From Blastocladiella emersonii ATCC 22665 (taxonomy: Eukaryota; Fungi; Blastocladiomycota), in contig JANHCV010000010.1 in NCBI GenBank assembly GCA_025594325.1, positions 1,426,001 to 1,490,000 of the forward strand: a stretch of 64,000 bases of DNA, in the 5' to 3' direction. The translations under genes and the position numbers were made by a program. Under the pieces are notes generated by a model. That model ran no database searches and was not told where the DNA came from. It worked only from the letters and a program-made list of their open reading frames with translations. Shown piece after piece: positions 34,329 through 47,850 of this stretch. The number at the start of each line of letters is the position of its first letter. Position 1 is the first letter of the stretch.

Positions 34329-35790
34329 TCACTCGTCGTCCTCGTCCTCGTCGCTGTCGTACGCCACGAGCTTGGACTTGCTGCTGCTCGCCGCAGGCTT
34401 CGGGGCCTCAGCCGCCGGTGCTGGTGGCGCGGCGGCAGCGGCAGTGGATGTTGGCGCGTCGGCGGTGGACGACGACTCGGTGGCGGCGACCTCGCCGTAG
34501 GTGCCGTAGAACTGGGCGTAGTACTGGGCGTAGTAGGCCTGCTGGATCTCCTCCTCGGTCATGGTCGACGCGGCGGCGGCGGGCTCGGTTGCGTCCTCGG
34601 GCGCGGCAGCAGTGCTCAAACCGTCGGCACCGACCGAGGGCGTTGGTGGGAGCGCGAGCTGCTTCTTGCCCTTCCCCTTCTTGTCCGTGGCGGCCGCAGA
34701 CGACGAAGACCCGGCGCCGCCCTCCTCGATAGCCTTGGTCTGCTCCTCCTCGTAGTACTGGTAGTACTGCTGGTAGATGGGGTTGGCCTCGATGAGCTTC
34801 TTGGCCTCGTCGTCCATGAACTCGGTCTCGCCGGTGCGGGCCTTTTTCGCCACGTAGCCCTCGACAAACTCGCGCTCGCGGCGCTTCTTGGCGTCCTCGA
34901 TCTCGCGCGGGTTCGGGTCGTCGTTGGCCCAGCGGACGCGGACCACCTCGCCGGCGTCGAGGACCTGGTGCTCCATGGCCTCCTTGGCGAACTCAGCGTT
35001 GGCGCGCTTCTCGTACCGGACGAAGGCGATGGTCTTGTCGTAGATGACGTTCAGCTTGTCGAGCGGGCCGAAGGCGAGGAAGTGTTTACGGATGACTTTC
35101 TGTGGGAGGGGGCGTAGCGAGGGGTCAGGGTGGGGTTCGGTGCGGGTGGGATGGGGGAGAGAAGTAGTACCTCGGCGTCGCCCTTTTCGTACGGGTGCAT
35201 GCCGCCAATGTAGAGCGAGCGGCCCTCGCGGTTGAAGCTGCCGACTACACGTTGCGAAAAAAAAGGTGAGTCTCGCGCACCCCACGCGCCACGAACAACA
35301 AAAACGCACCGCCGTTGTTATCGTCGCGCTCGTCACGATGGCGCTCGCGGCCGAAACAGTCCTTCATGGTCTCCTCGGGGTCGTCGGGCAGCGGGATGCG
35401 GTGGAGGTACTCGCACTTGTGCCCCTTGCGGCACGCGCCGCGCGCGAACAGGAGGCAAAAGTAGGTGCGGTGGCTCGGGTTCTGCGTCTTGCGCTTGTCG
35501 GCGAGCGTGAAGCCCGTGTCCTTCGGGACGTTGACGCGGGACGGGGCGCGCTCGCCAAACTCGAAGCGGCCCTTGTGGGTCTGCCCGGTCCACTTGTTGT
35601 ACCAGATGTTGTAGGTGCCCTCGTACACCTTCTGGGTGTCGTTGGCGGCGTCCGGGTCGGCCTGGCGGCGCGCGGGCCGCTTGACCCACTCGGCGACCTG
35701 GGCCGCGATCCGCTTGCGCAGCGCGGCGTCGTCGATGGTCCCCGTGAACCGGTTGTGGTTCGGGATCACGGGTTTGGGCGTTGATGACAT
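34329..35790 (-). CDS. CWC2: Pre-mRNA splicing factor Cwc2 (CCCH zinc finger + RRM), 3 exons (35790-35310, 35244-35171, 35099-34329), 441 aa
   Basis: RPARRQ, GTYNIWYNKWTG, YFCLLFARGACRKGHKCEYLHRIP, DCFGRERH, RSLYIGG, AFVRYEKRANAEFAKEAM, VRWANDDPNP. Confidence 0.95.
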
Positions 35791-36297
35791 GGTGTGGATG
35801 CGTTGCGGGTAGTCGCTGTGGGTCGAGGGAGAGAGGAGAGCGCGTCGAGCAGCAGAGCAAAAGGAGAGGGCGCGAAGAAGCGCGCGGAACGGCGTGGCAG
35901 GCGCCTCAGCTGACGCCGGCTGACCGCGTCGACGCGCAGCGCCCACGGCCGCACGTGGCACGTGCCGTCTCGCCTCCCGCGTCTCACGTCGCGCCGCGTC
36001 GCGTCGTTCCGCACGCATCACCGCCGCCCCCCTTCCATTCCATCACCTCATCTTGCCGCCGCGCACCGTGCATGCGTCACTCGCCGCCGCCGCCGCCTCT
36101 TGCTGCTGATCGGCCAAGATCGGCTCCCGACGCCGCTGCACCGCTACGCATCAGCCGCGCGACACCACGCACCGACTCGCTGCTCTCCCGCGCACCTCGG
36201 CCCGCCCGCACGCCGCCCGCGAGCATCAATTGCGGGATCATCGCCTCTACTGCTGCGCCTCGCCCGCCTGATCGGCCTCTCAACTGAGATCCGCACC

Positions 36298-39200
36298 ATG
36301 GACTTTGCTGCCGCTTCCGCCGCCGCACCGACCTCGCCCTCCACCGCCGCGATCCCACCGCCGGGAACCCGCCCGACGCTCCCGCCCGTCCCCTCGCCAC
36401 CGCTCTCGGCCGCGGCCGCGCGCGCCGACCCGCAGGGCAGCGCCGTGCTCGCCGAAATGTACCAGCACCTCGCCCACACCCAGATGCTGCACGCGAAACA
36501 GCTCAACACGTACCGCCACCAACTCGCCTCCTCGTCGCCTGCGTCCACGAGTCCGTCGGCTGGCGCCGGCGTGGGCGCGGGTGGTGATGCGCCGGGTTCG
36601 CCCCGCACCGCTGCCGCGGCTGCGGTTCCGCCGTCGCAGTCCGTGTCGCCCGTGAGACGAACCGCGCGGCGGAACTCGACGGCCAGCGCGAGCGCGACGG
36701 GGGCGGGGATGGTCCGCGCCGCGTCGTCGCGCGCGTCGTCGGTCGCGTCTACGGCGGCACCTACGGCTACGACGCTGCAGTACTTTCAGCAGCAGCAGCA
36801 GCAGGCCGTGTTGCACTCGCACTCGCACCAGTCCCACCAGCAACAACAGCTGCAGCAGCAGCAGCAGCCCGTCATCATGGTGATGCCCGCCGGGTACTCG
36901 GCGGTCCACCCGCACCACCAGCAGCAGTTCCAGCCCGCACCGCCGACCGCGAGCGACTCTACGCCGCGTCCACCGACCAGTCGCGCCGGATCCGCGCCGC
37001 GTCAGCAGCAACCGGCGCGCCCGACAACCGTCGCCGCCGCCCCGCGCGCGCCGACCGTCGTCCATGCGGCGCCGGTCCTCGCGGCGCCCATGCCGTTCCC
37101 CTTCCCTCCCCAACAACCCGCGACGACGGTCCAGACGACGCGGTGGGCCGCCGTCCCGCGGAAACCCGGCTCCGCCGCGCCCGCGCCGCACACCATCCGG
37201 CTCCCGAACGGCGTCCATTCCTACGTCATCCCCATCATCGACGCCCGCACCAAGCAGCACTGGACCGCGCCCTCGCTCGCCGCCGCGAATCTACAGCAGG
37301 CGGGTGGTGTTGCGGGACAGCAGCCGCGGCCAGGTACGCTTCCTCGCCCTCACCTCACTTCAGACTCCATCGTTGACTCTTTCACCATATATAGGCGCCT
37401 ACTACACCCCGTGGCCACCGGGCGCCGCCAGCGGCGGAATCGCCGGCATCCGCCCGCCGCCCGGCGCGCAACCGCGCATCGTCCACGCGCCGCCCGGCCA
37501 GGTCCCCGCTTGGGGGTACGTCCTCAAGAACGGGCAGCGTATCTACGTCCCCGCGTGTTACGCGCCGCAGCAGTTCCAGCAGCAGCAGCAGCAGCAGCAG
37601 CGCACCGCGGCAGCGGCCCAGGCGCGACCACGCGCCAAGGAGACGCCCGCCCAGCAGCAGCAGCGAGGGCAGCCTGCACGGCCGACCGCACGACAAGCGA
37701 ACGCGGCACAGCAGCAGCCGCAGCAGTCGCAGCATGGCCAGCAGCAGCAGCACGTCCAGCAGCAGCAATCCCACATGGCCGCGCACCCAGCCTCGACTCC
37801 AACTCAGCAGCAGCAGCAGCAGTACGCGAGCTCATCTTCATCGTCGAGCCATCACCACCACCCGCAGCACCATCAGCAGCAGCAACAACAGCATTTCGCC
37901 GCGCAGTACCAGCTCAACGGCCACGGCCACGGGCACGCGTACCCCGCGTCCAGCATGCCCGCCACCTCCGTCTCCTCCGCAGCACCACCGCCCCCCTCCT
38001 CGCACCCGGCGCTCCTCCGCCACACGCTGTCCGAGCCGTACCAGCCGACGTCGACGCTCGACCTCGCCATGATGGAGGCCGCCGCCGCGTCGCGCAGCCA
38101 GTCGCACCCGCCGCCGCCCATCCACCACCACCAGCACCACCAGCCGTCGCCGTTCGGCAACCACGATGCGTTTCGCGGCACGGTCAGCAACAACCCGGTG
38201 CCGTCGTGGCTCGACGATGTCGCGTTCGGCGGCAGTGGCGGCGGGAACGGGAATGCGGACCCGCTCGCGTCATCGGCACCGGGCGGGACCGACCTGCTCG
38301 CGGGCATCGACATGAACGGCAGCGGCGGGATGGGGATGAGCATGTCGTGGCTGCAAAACTCGTCGCTCGCGGACCTGTTCCGCGACGGGTGGAACGCGAG
38401 CGGCGGCGCGCCGTCGGCGACGGATCAGCACGCCGCGATGCGCGATTCCGGGCACATGTCGTCGGGGTCCGGGATGTTGTTCGATTCCATGGCCGCGCCG
38501 ACCGGTACGTCGACGGGTCTCGAGTCTTTCGAGGGAGCGCGACTGACCCGCGTCGAAATGTGTAGTCCCATCCTCGGACCCCTCCAACCCCCCGCTCTTC
38601 ATGTCGCCCCTCACCGCGTTCCTGCGCGACTGCACCCACGCCGCCGAGCTCGCCGACGCCGCCTCGTCCTCCTCCCCCGGCTCCACGTCCATGCACCACT
38701 TCCCCTCGGCCGCCGCACCCGCCGTCCATACCAACACGATGATCCTCGACGACCTCCCGACGCTCGCCAACGCCGACCTCGACCACGCGCAGTTCGTCCG
38801 CCCGCACCACGTCCCGCCGGCGCCGTTGGCGGGCGCGGGCGAGGCCGAGCTCCAGGCCGCGTTTGGGGCGGTCCCTCACCAGCAGCAGCAGCAGCAGACG
38901 TACGCGTACGCGCCCCCGCCGCCGCCGGTCGTGGGGGTACGCGAAGCGACCCCGCTCCCGCCGCCGCCCCCGCTCCCCGTCCTTCCGCCCGCGCCTGCGC
39001 ACGTGCACGCACACCTCGTCGGGGCAAACGGGATGCACACGGGCGACTCGTACCCCGTCGCGACTGCGCCGTCGCTCGTCGCTGCCCCGCCGCCGCTGCC
39101 GCCGCCCGTGGCCAAGAAGCCGCACAAGGTCAAGCCGAAACCCGCGGCCGGCGGATCCGCCTCCGAGCTCACCGCCGGCGCGACAGCGGCGGCGCCGGCG

Positions 39201-40994
39201 CCGGCTAAGAAGGGCAAGAAGTCGGCCGCGCCTGATCCCGACGCCGCGCAGCCCGCCGCGGCCGCGGTCCCCGATTCCGCGGCGCCGTCGGCTAAGCCGA
39301 AACCGAAACCCCGGAAACGGCCTGCGGCCACCGTCGCCGACGCGGATTCCGCGGACCCGGCCGCCGCAGATGGGGGCGGTGGTGGTGGCGACGCGGCGCT
39401 GGCGCTGGCGAAGCCGAAGCCGAAGAAGCGCGCGCGGAAGGCTGAGCCGGCTGCCGTCGAGACCGATGCGGCGGCGGCGCCCATGGGTGCAGTGGATTCG
39501 GCGCCGGTGGACGTCGCCGACGGCGCGCCGCCCGCGAAGCCAAAGGCGAAGCCCAAGGCGACCAAGTCGCGCGCCAAGAAGCCCGCCGCGCCGGCTCCCG
39601 CGCCCATCGTCGTGGTCGACCCGGCGGCGGGCCCGGGTCCCGCGCCGCCGACGGCCTCGCTCCCAGCAAGCCCCTCGAAACCGCTCCCGCACGTCGACTC
39701 GGCCGGATCGCTCGTCCCGCCGCAGCTCCTCCCGCTGCCGATGGTCGTCGCAGCGCAGGACACGGTGGTCGTGGCAGCGGGCGAGCTCGCACCGGTGGAT
39801 GGCGCGCTTCCACCACCACAGCCAGCCGTCGATGCGCCCGCCGCGAAGAAGGTTGTCAAGAAGCGCAAGCCCAAGGACCCGTCCACCTCGACGACCGCCA
39901 CCACCAACGGCGACGCGCACGCGGCCGAGCCCGCCAAGAAGCGCGCGAAGGCCAGGGCCAAGCCGAAATCCTCCGCGCCCGCGGACGTTCTCGACGTGGC
40001 AGCGGTACCTACCCCCGCCGCCCATGCGCCCGCGCCCGCTCCCGCACCGCCCGCGCCGCCCGCCGTGGTCCCGATACCCCTCGCGATCCCGCTCCCGCTA
40101 CACCCGCACCCGGACCCGGTGGCCCCGCCGTCCGTACCCGTGCCCGCCCCGCCGCGCGCCCTGACCGTCCGCTCGCTGCTCGCCCCGACCCCGAAACCCG
40201 CCGCCGCGCTGCACCTCCCGGCGACGGCAACGGCCGCCGACCTCGCGCCTGTGCCGTTCCCTCCCGCTGCTGCTTTCTCCACCGCCGCCACTTCGGCTCC
40301 CGCGTCCGCGACGGCGCCCGTCGGGAACGGCAGCGCGAGCTCGTCGGCCACGTCGCTCGGCGATATCGACGCCATCCTGAGCGAGTTCGACTCGTTCTTT
40401 GCCGGGATCCAGCAGCAGGCGACGAAGACGACCGCGGGCGCTGCAGTCGAGCCCGAGCCGATCGCGGTCCCGGCGCCCGTGAAACCGAAGCGCGCTACGA
40501 AACCCCGTGCGCCGCGCGCTAAGAAGTCGGCGCCCGCTGACCTGCCGCCGCCGGCCGTGACCACCGCTAACGCGCCCGTGACCCCGACCAAGCCCGCCAC
40601 AAAACGCCGTCGCGCTGCGTCGCTCACACCGTCTGCGTTGGATGCAACAGCGGCGGACCGCAGCCAGCTCCGCTCCGTTGAGTCGGCGCCACCGGCCGGC
40701 GTCCCTGCTACGGCCGAGGCCGAGGCGGGCGCGACGCCGCCAAAGAAGAAGTGGCCGCGGACCACCTCCACCTCCGCCGCAACGCCGACCAAACCGTCCC
40801 CCGCGGCAGTCGATGTGCGCGACTCGTCCGACGACCGCGCGTCAAAGCTCGCGCGCGCGCTCGGGCTGCAGCTTGGGCTGTTCGGCGGCGGCAGCGGGGA
40901 CTTGGTCGCCGCCGAGCTCGCGCGGACGCCGCAGGTCGGCGGTGGGGCTGCGGAGGCGAGGGGGATGTGGATGCCCGACGGCGCGGGGACGTAG
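36298..40994 (+). CDS. Very large low-complexity protein (polyQ, Pro/Ala/Lys-rich), 3 exons (36298-37333, 37395-38504, 38566-40994), 1524 aa, function unknown
   Basis: Two 61-nt canonical introns join three ORFs in frame (4575 nt). Multiple CAG tracts and KPKPK/KKRAK clusters; no globular domain recognised. Confidence 0.78.
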
Positions 40995-41424
40995 TGTTGT
41001 AGCGGATCATGTAAATGTGTACAGATATTTTATGTTATTAAAGCTCGTGTGAGTTCGTGTGAGGAGGGAGGGGTGATGGCCATCGACCCGACGCGGTGGC
41101 CACGGACACGTCGGAATGGCCGTGTTTGACGCGGCATGGCCCGCAGCTCAATCATCAAGTCCATAGGGCTCAAACACTTCGTAAGGAATAGAGCCAGAAC
41201 CAAAAATGCGAAAACGCTTCATGTTTATGAAGCTCGTCCAGTCGGAAAGGGTGAGGAAGCAGAGATGGTCATTGACGTGACGCGGCGGCCATGGACGCGA
41301 CGCGACTCGGTGAAGGCAATCGTTGACACCGTGGCACGCGGCGCGTGATGGATCGGAGCCCAATGTTCAGACTTTAAACGCTCAAACAGCAGGATGAAAG
41401 CAAAAAACGCGAACATGTTGGAGC

Positions 41425-43306
41425 TCACTTGAAGCTCGACTGCTTCTGCTCGCGTCTTTGAAGACGGTCGCCAGCGGATGTCTCTTCTTCACCGATCTCG
41501 CTCGCGTGGCCGCTGTCGTTGTCACTGACGACGTTGGCGCTCACGATCGGTCGGAAACCGGGCAGGTAAAGCTCGTCGCCCGCTGGCTCGCCAACCGTGC
41601 CGTCCGTCGCCTGGATCTGCTGCAGGTACTGGAAGAACTGGCCGTACTGGTCCCGTCGACCAGCATGGGTCGTACCGCGCGGCACAAGCGGGACGGTAGG
41701 GAGAAGCAAGCTCGCGCCGTCGTCGCCGACCAGCTGATTCGAGTAGTGGTCGCGGGCCACCATCGCGGCCGAGGACTCGCGCGGAGGAGCAGCGCGCGGA
41801 GCCAGCGACGCGGTCGCGTGAGGCGCGTCTATCGAAGCGACTGGCAACGACGGACTCGCGCTACCGCGACCAAAGACGTTGCGAGATGAGAGTCGCTTGA
41901 ACGCCAGGCCGCCCCGGGTCCGCTTGATAACGACAAACGCACCGCCGAGGACCGCGGCCACCGCGGCGCCGAGGACGAGCGGAACGACTGGAAACGACGA
42001 TGAATCAGGTGGAATGAGAGTCGGCTCACCCGGTACGTGGCCAGCCGAATTGGTCACTTGGGGTGATCGGGCCGCAGGCACGTTCGCGGTCGCAGCGAAG
42101 CCGTACGCCTGAGCGTGCTCGGCGGGGGTCGGCGGGGTAAAGGTCGGCGACCACTGGAACTCGAGGCCAGTGTCGTTCGGGACGATGGTGAGGACGTGCA
42201 GGTCAAGTTGGTCGCTCGGTTCCTACACGGGAGAGTCGTCAGCGTTCGGATTTATTCGTTCCGTTTCCGAGCGATCGTACCGCGACTCCGCCAAAGAAGA
42301 GGATCTGACTCCCAGCAAGCACGGACGCAAACGACCGAATCGACAGCGGCCCTTGGCCCGCGTTGATAATCTTGCCAACGGTCGCCGGACCCGAGCTCGT
42401 GAGTTCAAAGTACTCGATGAACGGCGTGCCGTCGCCGACGTTGATGGCATAGCGCCGCTTCTGGTCCGGAAAAGTGTACACGATGATTTGGTGCCGCGCC
42501 CGGCTGATATTGAGCGAGTGCGGGTACCTGGACCACGTCGACGTCGCGATATCGAACAGCCACGCCTCGGCGCCGCCTGACCATCCGCCCGTCAGCATCG
42601 CGGTCGTCGCGTTGAGGCGGACCATGGCGCCGCCGTTCCGCGCCGACGGGCCGCCGTTGGAGTCCGTCGGAACGCGAAGCTTGCCGTTGGCGCCGAGGAT
42701 CCGCAGCGTGGTGAGGCCCGGCCCGTTCACGCCCAGCAGGCCGCCAAAACAGTACATGGCGTTGTCCGACTCGGACGGCGGCATGGTCGGCCCAAACCAC
42801 TCCTGCACGGGAAGCGCCGCGGCCGACCTCGCACACCCGGTATAGTCCGTGTCGGTCTTGGCATCGAGCAAGCGCACCGTGTTCGCGGGGACACTGTACT
42901 GCACAACGGCCTGGTTGGGCGCCGAGGCGACGCCCGGCGGGCGGGACCAGCCCGACGTGAGCTCGACAAAGTACTCGCCGTCCTTTGCACCCGAGTACAC
43001 GAGCGGGATCAGTCGTGCGGCTGCCACGGGAAGCGCGGGTAGCGAGGTGACGGGTGGTTTGTCGATGGAGAAAGGCTTGCTGAGATTGTAGGAGACGACG
43101 GTGGCTAGCGGCTCGCCGCCGGGCGTGTTCTCGCCGCCAAAGATGTACACACGCTTCAAACTCGGAAAGTAGACGACCGCTGGAGTTGTGACGAGAGCGT
43201 GTGCGGGCAGCGTGACGTGGGCTAGAAAGACCATGAGCGCCGCGAGGAGCGCGGCAAGAGCAAAGCGCCGGGATGAGCCATAAGAAGTTTTGCAAGACTG
43301 CTGCAT
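41425..43306 (-). CDS. Type I membrane protein with kelch-like beta-propeller ectodomain, 2 exons (43306-42281, 42222-41425), 607 aa
   Basis: Signal-like FALAALLAALMVFLAHV; kelch GG motifs (VYIFGG, MYCFGG, MLTGG, ILFFGG); TM helix VVPLVLGAAVAAVLGGAFVVI followed by KRTR. 58-nt intron. Confidence 0.82.
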
Positions 43307-46300
43307 GGTGATGTGCGAGTACTCGTCCGGGGAGAGAGAGCGCGCACGAGGTCGGCGATGATGGGGACACCCGCTCTCGATTTTGCGGTGTGTGAGAAGC
43401 CGGCCCCACCGCATCGCTCGCCAAACGAGGAAGGTCGCATATACCGACCAATGCGGGCGCGCAGGTCGCTTCTCGTGACATGGCGAGGTTTCACAACGCG
43501 TCGCACTTGAAGGACGAGACGAGCATGGTAACAGTTGCGTGACGCAAACGGCAACCTTGGGACAAGCAGCGGCGCGGAAAGCCGACATGTTCAAGGGCTC
43601 CTCCAGGTTGCGGCAAGGCAGTGCGATGGTCAACAGTGGCTAGTGCCGCGGAAGCTTGTGGAACCGACGAAGAAATGGTTCGTGGCGAGAGCAGCGCGGC
43701 TGTTGGAGCACCGAACCTTGGCGCAGGTCGTAGGTCGGAGTGGGCGCAAGCCGGCCCCGCCGCGTCCGGTCAACGACAGCCTCGATCTTCGATCAAGCAG
43801 CGTTTCATTGCAGGGAGTGAGTGTGGTTGAGGAGACCAGTCGAGAGTTGAGTCGGAGGAGAAGGAGGGGAGCGGCGGGCAGCACGGCGGAGGGACTGCCT
43901 CGCCTCAGCGTCAGGTGATGCTTGAACGCGTCTCGCGCCGCGTCTCGCGCTTGAGCCTCCAAGCTCTACCCGTGGCAGAGTCACGTCGCATCTGAGAAGT
44001 GGTGAGGGCCATGAGCGTGCGGGAGTGAGAGTCGGGAGAGCCGAACTTGAGCGGTGAAAGGGCGCGACTCGGCCACGCGATGGCCATCAAGGCGGGACGG
44101 CGGCCATGGTCACGAAGACCCAGACCGCGAACCAGACCAGATCGAACCGTTCTGAGAGACTTGTTAGAGAGAGAGAGAAGACGACCGGGCGACACATATA
44201 AAGTAGCAACGCAAGCATTGTTCCAAAAAAAATGACCCGACCCAGACGCTCGCCGTGGAACCCCACACGGCAAGCGAGCGACCACGTCGAACGACACCCC
44301 CCTGTCCACGCACCGCGCACGCGCCGCGTCGCTCGACGACCACCACCCACCAAACGCCCGCATCGACCTCCGCACCGTCCTTGCGCCAAGTCCCGAACCG
44401 CTTACGCGCGTGTATCATGAGCACGGCGGGGAAGCGGGCCGAGGCACCGGAGACTGGTCGCGTATGGTCCAGCCGCCCGCAACAAAACTGCGTGCACGTC
44501 GATGCGCGGAGCCGCAACTGACGGCGAGAACCCGGACACCCCCAGTCGGGTACGAGTCCGGGCGCAGTTGGTCACGGACGGCTCGAGGCGCTGCACACAC
44601 ACCTCCACCGAATGGCACTGCTCGCGCGCGCGCAGGGCACGCGGGACCGGAGCGGTGCCAGCAGACTGCGACGAGACCAAACGTCTCTTCAGCGAAGGGT
44701 TGGGGAAGTCAGCCGCCCGCCCCCGGGTCGGCGACACTCCTTACTACCAACAACGGCAGCCCGCGGTGCAGTGGATCGGCGAGCAGCGAGGTGTGTGTGT
44801 TGCATGGGGTGGGGATGTGGATCGGAGCGACCGCGACAGGCGGCAGATGCGCGAGAAGAAGTGTCGTCGTCGTACACTTGGGATCGGGTTGCATGGGGCG
44901 GGAGCGGATGAGTGAGCAGTGTAGTGAGGGAAGGCTTGCGGGGTTCTGAAGAGCGAGAGAGCGGGGACGGGACCGGGGCGCGCGATTTGTACGCGGGCCG
45001 GGCCGGGGAGGCGGGGCGAGCGCGGCCGGCGCTGCACGCGCCCGCCCCGCGATTATGAAGGATCCGTTGCGCCAAGTGTGCCTCGTTCGCTGGGTGCCCG
45101 AGCACCGCTTCCGGCGGAACGCTCTCGCGCTCCGAAGCGCGCGCAAAAATGTGTCGCAGAAGAGTGGGAGACGCGTCTTTGCTCACCTGAAAATCACGTG
45201 TGCGTTTGGAGACATTTTTTTTTCGCAAGCAGGGAGACCGCCACACGTGCAGCCAGCACGCCGGTGCCGTCGATCCGCGAGTTTGATGAGAGGAACGAAC
45301 GCCGGTCTCGCAGGAGACGAGCCTGCCCTACATAACAAGTCTTGCTCAAAAAACCCCGGTGATGCGGCTCGGCGCAAGGCTGAGCCGTCACGCACGGCGT
45401 TGAGGGCTAGTTCGGGTCGACATGAGGAAGTGCTCGAACGGTGAGGCCGGGCCTGCCCAAAGTTACCGCCACTGGCCGGAGATCGAGAACGGCCGCTTGG
45501 ACGTTAGTTCAACAGTCGCACAGCGCCGCTCCGGTGGTGCGAGGCCACCGAACAGCGCCTCGCCAGTGAAAAACCGTCGAGAGGACGTCGAGAGGACGTC
45601 GGGGAGGCCAATATCGAGGGTAAAGTGCAAGGAAGAGTTGCTCGGCGTGAGGTCCACGAGCTTCTCAGGGGTTACGCCTGAGAAGCCGAGCAACACGCAA
45701 CATGTTCTGGGACCGAACGTGCGGCCGTCCATGGAATTCGAGGGAAAAGGGCGAGGACGAGGGATTGCATCAAGTGGGCTCGTCCTATTCATGTGCTGCA
45801 TCGCGAGGAGGTCAGTTCAACGGAGCGCGGACGGGATGCGCGGCGGCGTGAGAGTTCTGACGGAGTGGCGTTGCGCGTGGCCGGCGCCGTGGACGCAGCG
45901 CGTCTCGCTGATGGGCAGGAACCCGATTCAATGGCTCAAGTAGAACGAGACAGCACGGCAAGAAGTCTCGGAGGTTTCATGAAATACTCGATCCAACGGG
46001 TGCGGGTAGAGCCAAGCAGGTCCGAGTGAAGAGTCTAATTGAACGTGCCGCTTCGAGGAACATCACGCGGTACTGAGTCCACCGTGCCGCGTCAGCAAGT
46101 CTCAGGAAAGAGGTGAAGACAGCTCAACGATCCATTTTGACCAAGAAGATCAGGTAAATATGACCAACCGACGCGCGCGCCTCACCAGGCTCAGCACGCG
46201 CGACGACTAGTCCGTCCCGACGGCAGCTTAACTGAACAGTTGCTGCAAGTTGTACATGATCTCGCCAAGCTATTCATTGCGTATCGCGAGGGTCGGGGGA

Positions 46301-47850
46301 GAGCGGGGGCGCAGCGTGGGGCGATGAACGGGGAGCGGCGAGAAGTGGCGCAACAGGTGGCGCAACGCGACCGCTTTTGCCATCTGACGGCCCGTGATGG
46401 TCGCTGCCGTTCTCTTGAGACTCTGTCGCGAACTAGGCCATGTATCATGTCATGGGGGACTCGATGCATTCTTGTCCTGTGGGCTAGGCGACCACCTGCC
46501 GGCCCGGACTTGGCTCCCTTGCGGCCGATCTGACGCGGAGTGCTACGCTCGGCGCAAGGCCTGCCGGAAACCGAGCGAGCGCTAGGATCAGGCGAGGATT
46601 ATGCGTGAAGTGGTGTATCAGCCGACCTCGGTGTGTAAGCTGTGCAAGCTTGCTGGCCCTGACCGTGACGCTGGTGCTGGGCTGCTGCTGGATGCACACC
46701 AGTTGCTCTCGATCTACATGGCATCGACTGGTAACCGACGTCAACATTAGTAGGCCATCGATTCTGGCGTCTGATTCGTGACTTCGCTCCCAAATCTCGT
46801 CCGCCGCCATGAATCCTCCTCACGCACAGCTTCAGTCGCAGCGACTTGTTGCGTCGCTTCAAGGGCAGATGCCAGCCAACTTATTTGAATGATGACGGCC
46901 GGTGGTCTCTTGCTTCTTCGTAACCTTGGCCTCGCGCTCACCCACTGCACGCCGCTCGGCGTAGACGCAGCAGCAGCTCAAGCTCAGCACTCAGTCAGTA
47001 CATGGCCTCGAGTGTCTCCGCCTGTGAGCTCGTGTCGCGACGTGTGGAACCAGCGTGATAAGGGAACAGCTAGTTGACGAGGAGCTCTATGACCTGCCCT
47101 GCGCAACGTTCTCGAGGACGTGGATTCCAGTTCTGCCGCGCCGTTCCAGGCGCCGCCCGACCGTCCGCTGAACAGGCTCAACGATGGGCCCGACCCGCTT
47201 TGATCACGCCCGCTCGACGCGGCTACCGGTAATACCCAAGTTGATGCTTCTATTGTGATTCACGCACAATTAGATTGAAATAGTCAATGTTCGAGCCTTG
47301 TCTTGAGATGATACACTCTTACGACGGCCCTGCACCTCAAGTTCCACTCGCTCGAGACGGGACCGCGCCGCCAGACTTTACGCGCCGCGCCACTCACGTG
47401 AGCAGTAACCACGCGCTTTCGGTCGGGCGGTGCGTAAAGTACTTGTACGGTTCGCACGGTATGCAAAGCTTACTGACATGCGTTTGCTGAGCTTAGCAGC
47501 CCGATCATTACGCCCGCTGTCCGAATGCTGCGACGCCATACTTATGCGCAGGACTCGCCCGCGACGACGTTGTGTAAGGTCGAGTTCAAGGCTTTGCGCG
47601 CAACGCCATCGCCATTTTCAAGCATTAGCGGTGCCATCTGCGACTCGAATGAGAGATGGCGGCCGATGACCAATTGCCGTGTCCATCGCTCGCTCGATGA
47701 TTGATCGATGTGCCACTCGGAGCTCGCCTTTGAGCACACTCATTCAACTGGTTTGTCTCGACTGAAGGGGAGGCTGATCAAGTAGACACATGCTATTTAA
47801 ACTATCAGAATCAACAGCAGCAAAGGCCCGACTGATGTCGGCGGCCACGC

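Noticed and set aside
35962-36297. Upstream extension of the polyQ gene given by the ORF track (also 9383 for RPL6, 22845 for WDR5, 43633 for the kelch gene, 31355 for the DUF4470-like gene)
   Set aside because: Near-cognate starts with non-protein-like, promoter/UTR composition; downstream ATGs fit better.
4041-40792. Many long Arg/Gly/Ala-rich ORFs antisense or frame-shifted to real genes (e.g. 3790-5505+, 7158-8270-, 21664-23280+, 38184-40025-, 47962-49605+)
   Set aside because: Shadow ORFs expected from very high GC3; no domains or splice logic of their own.
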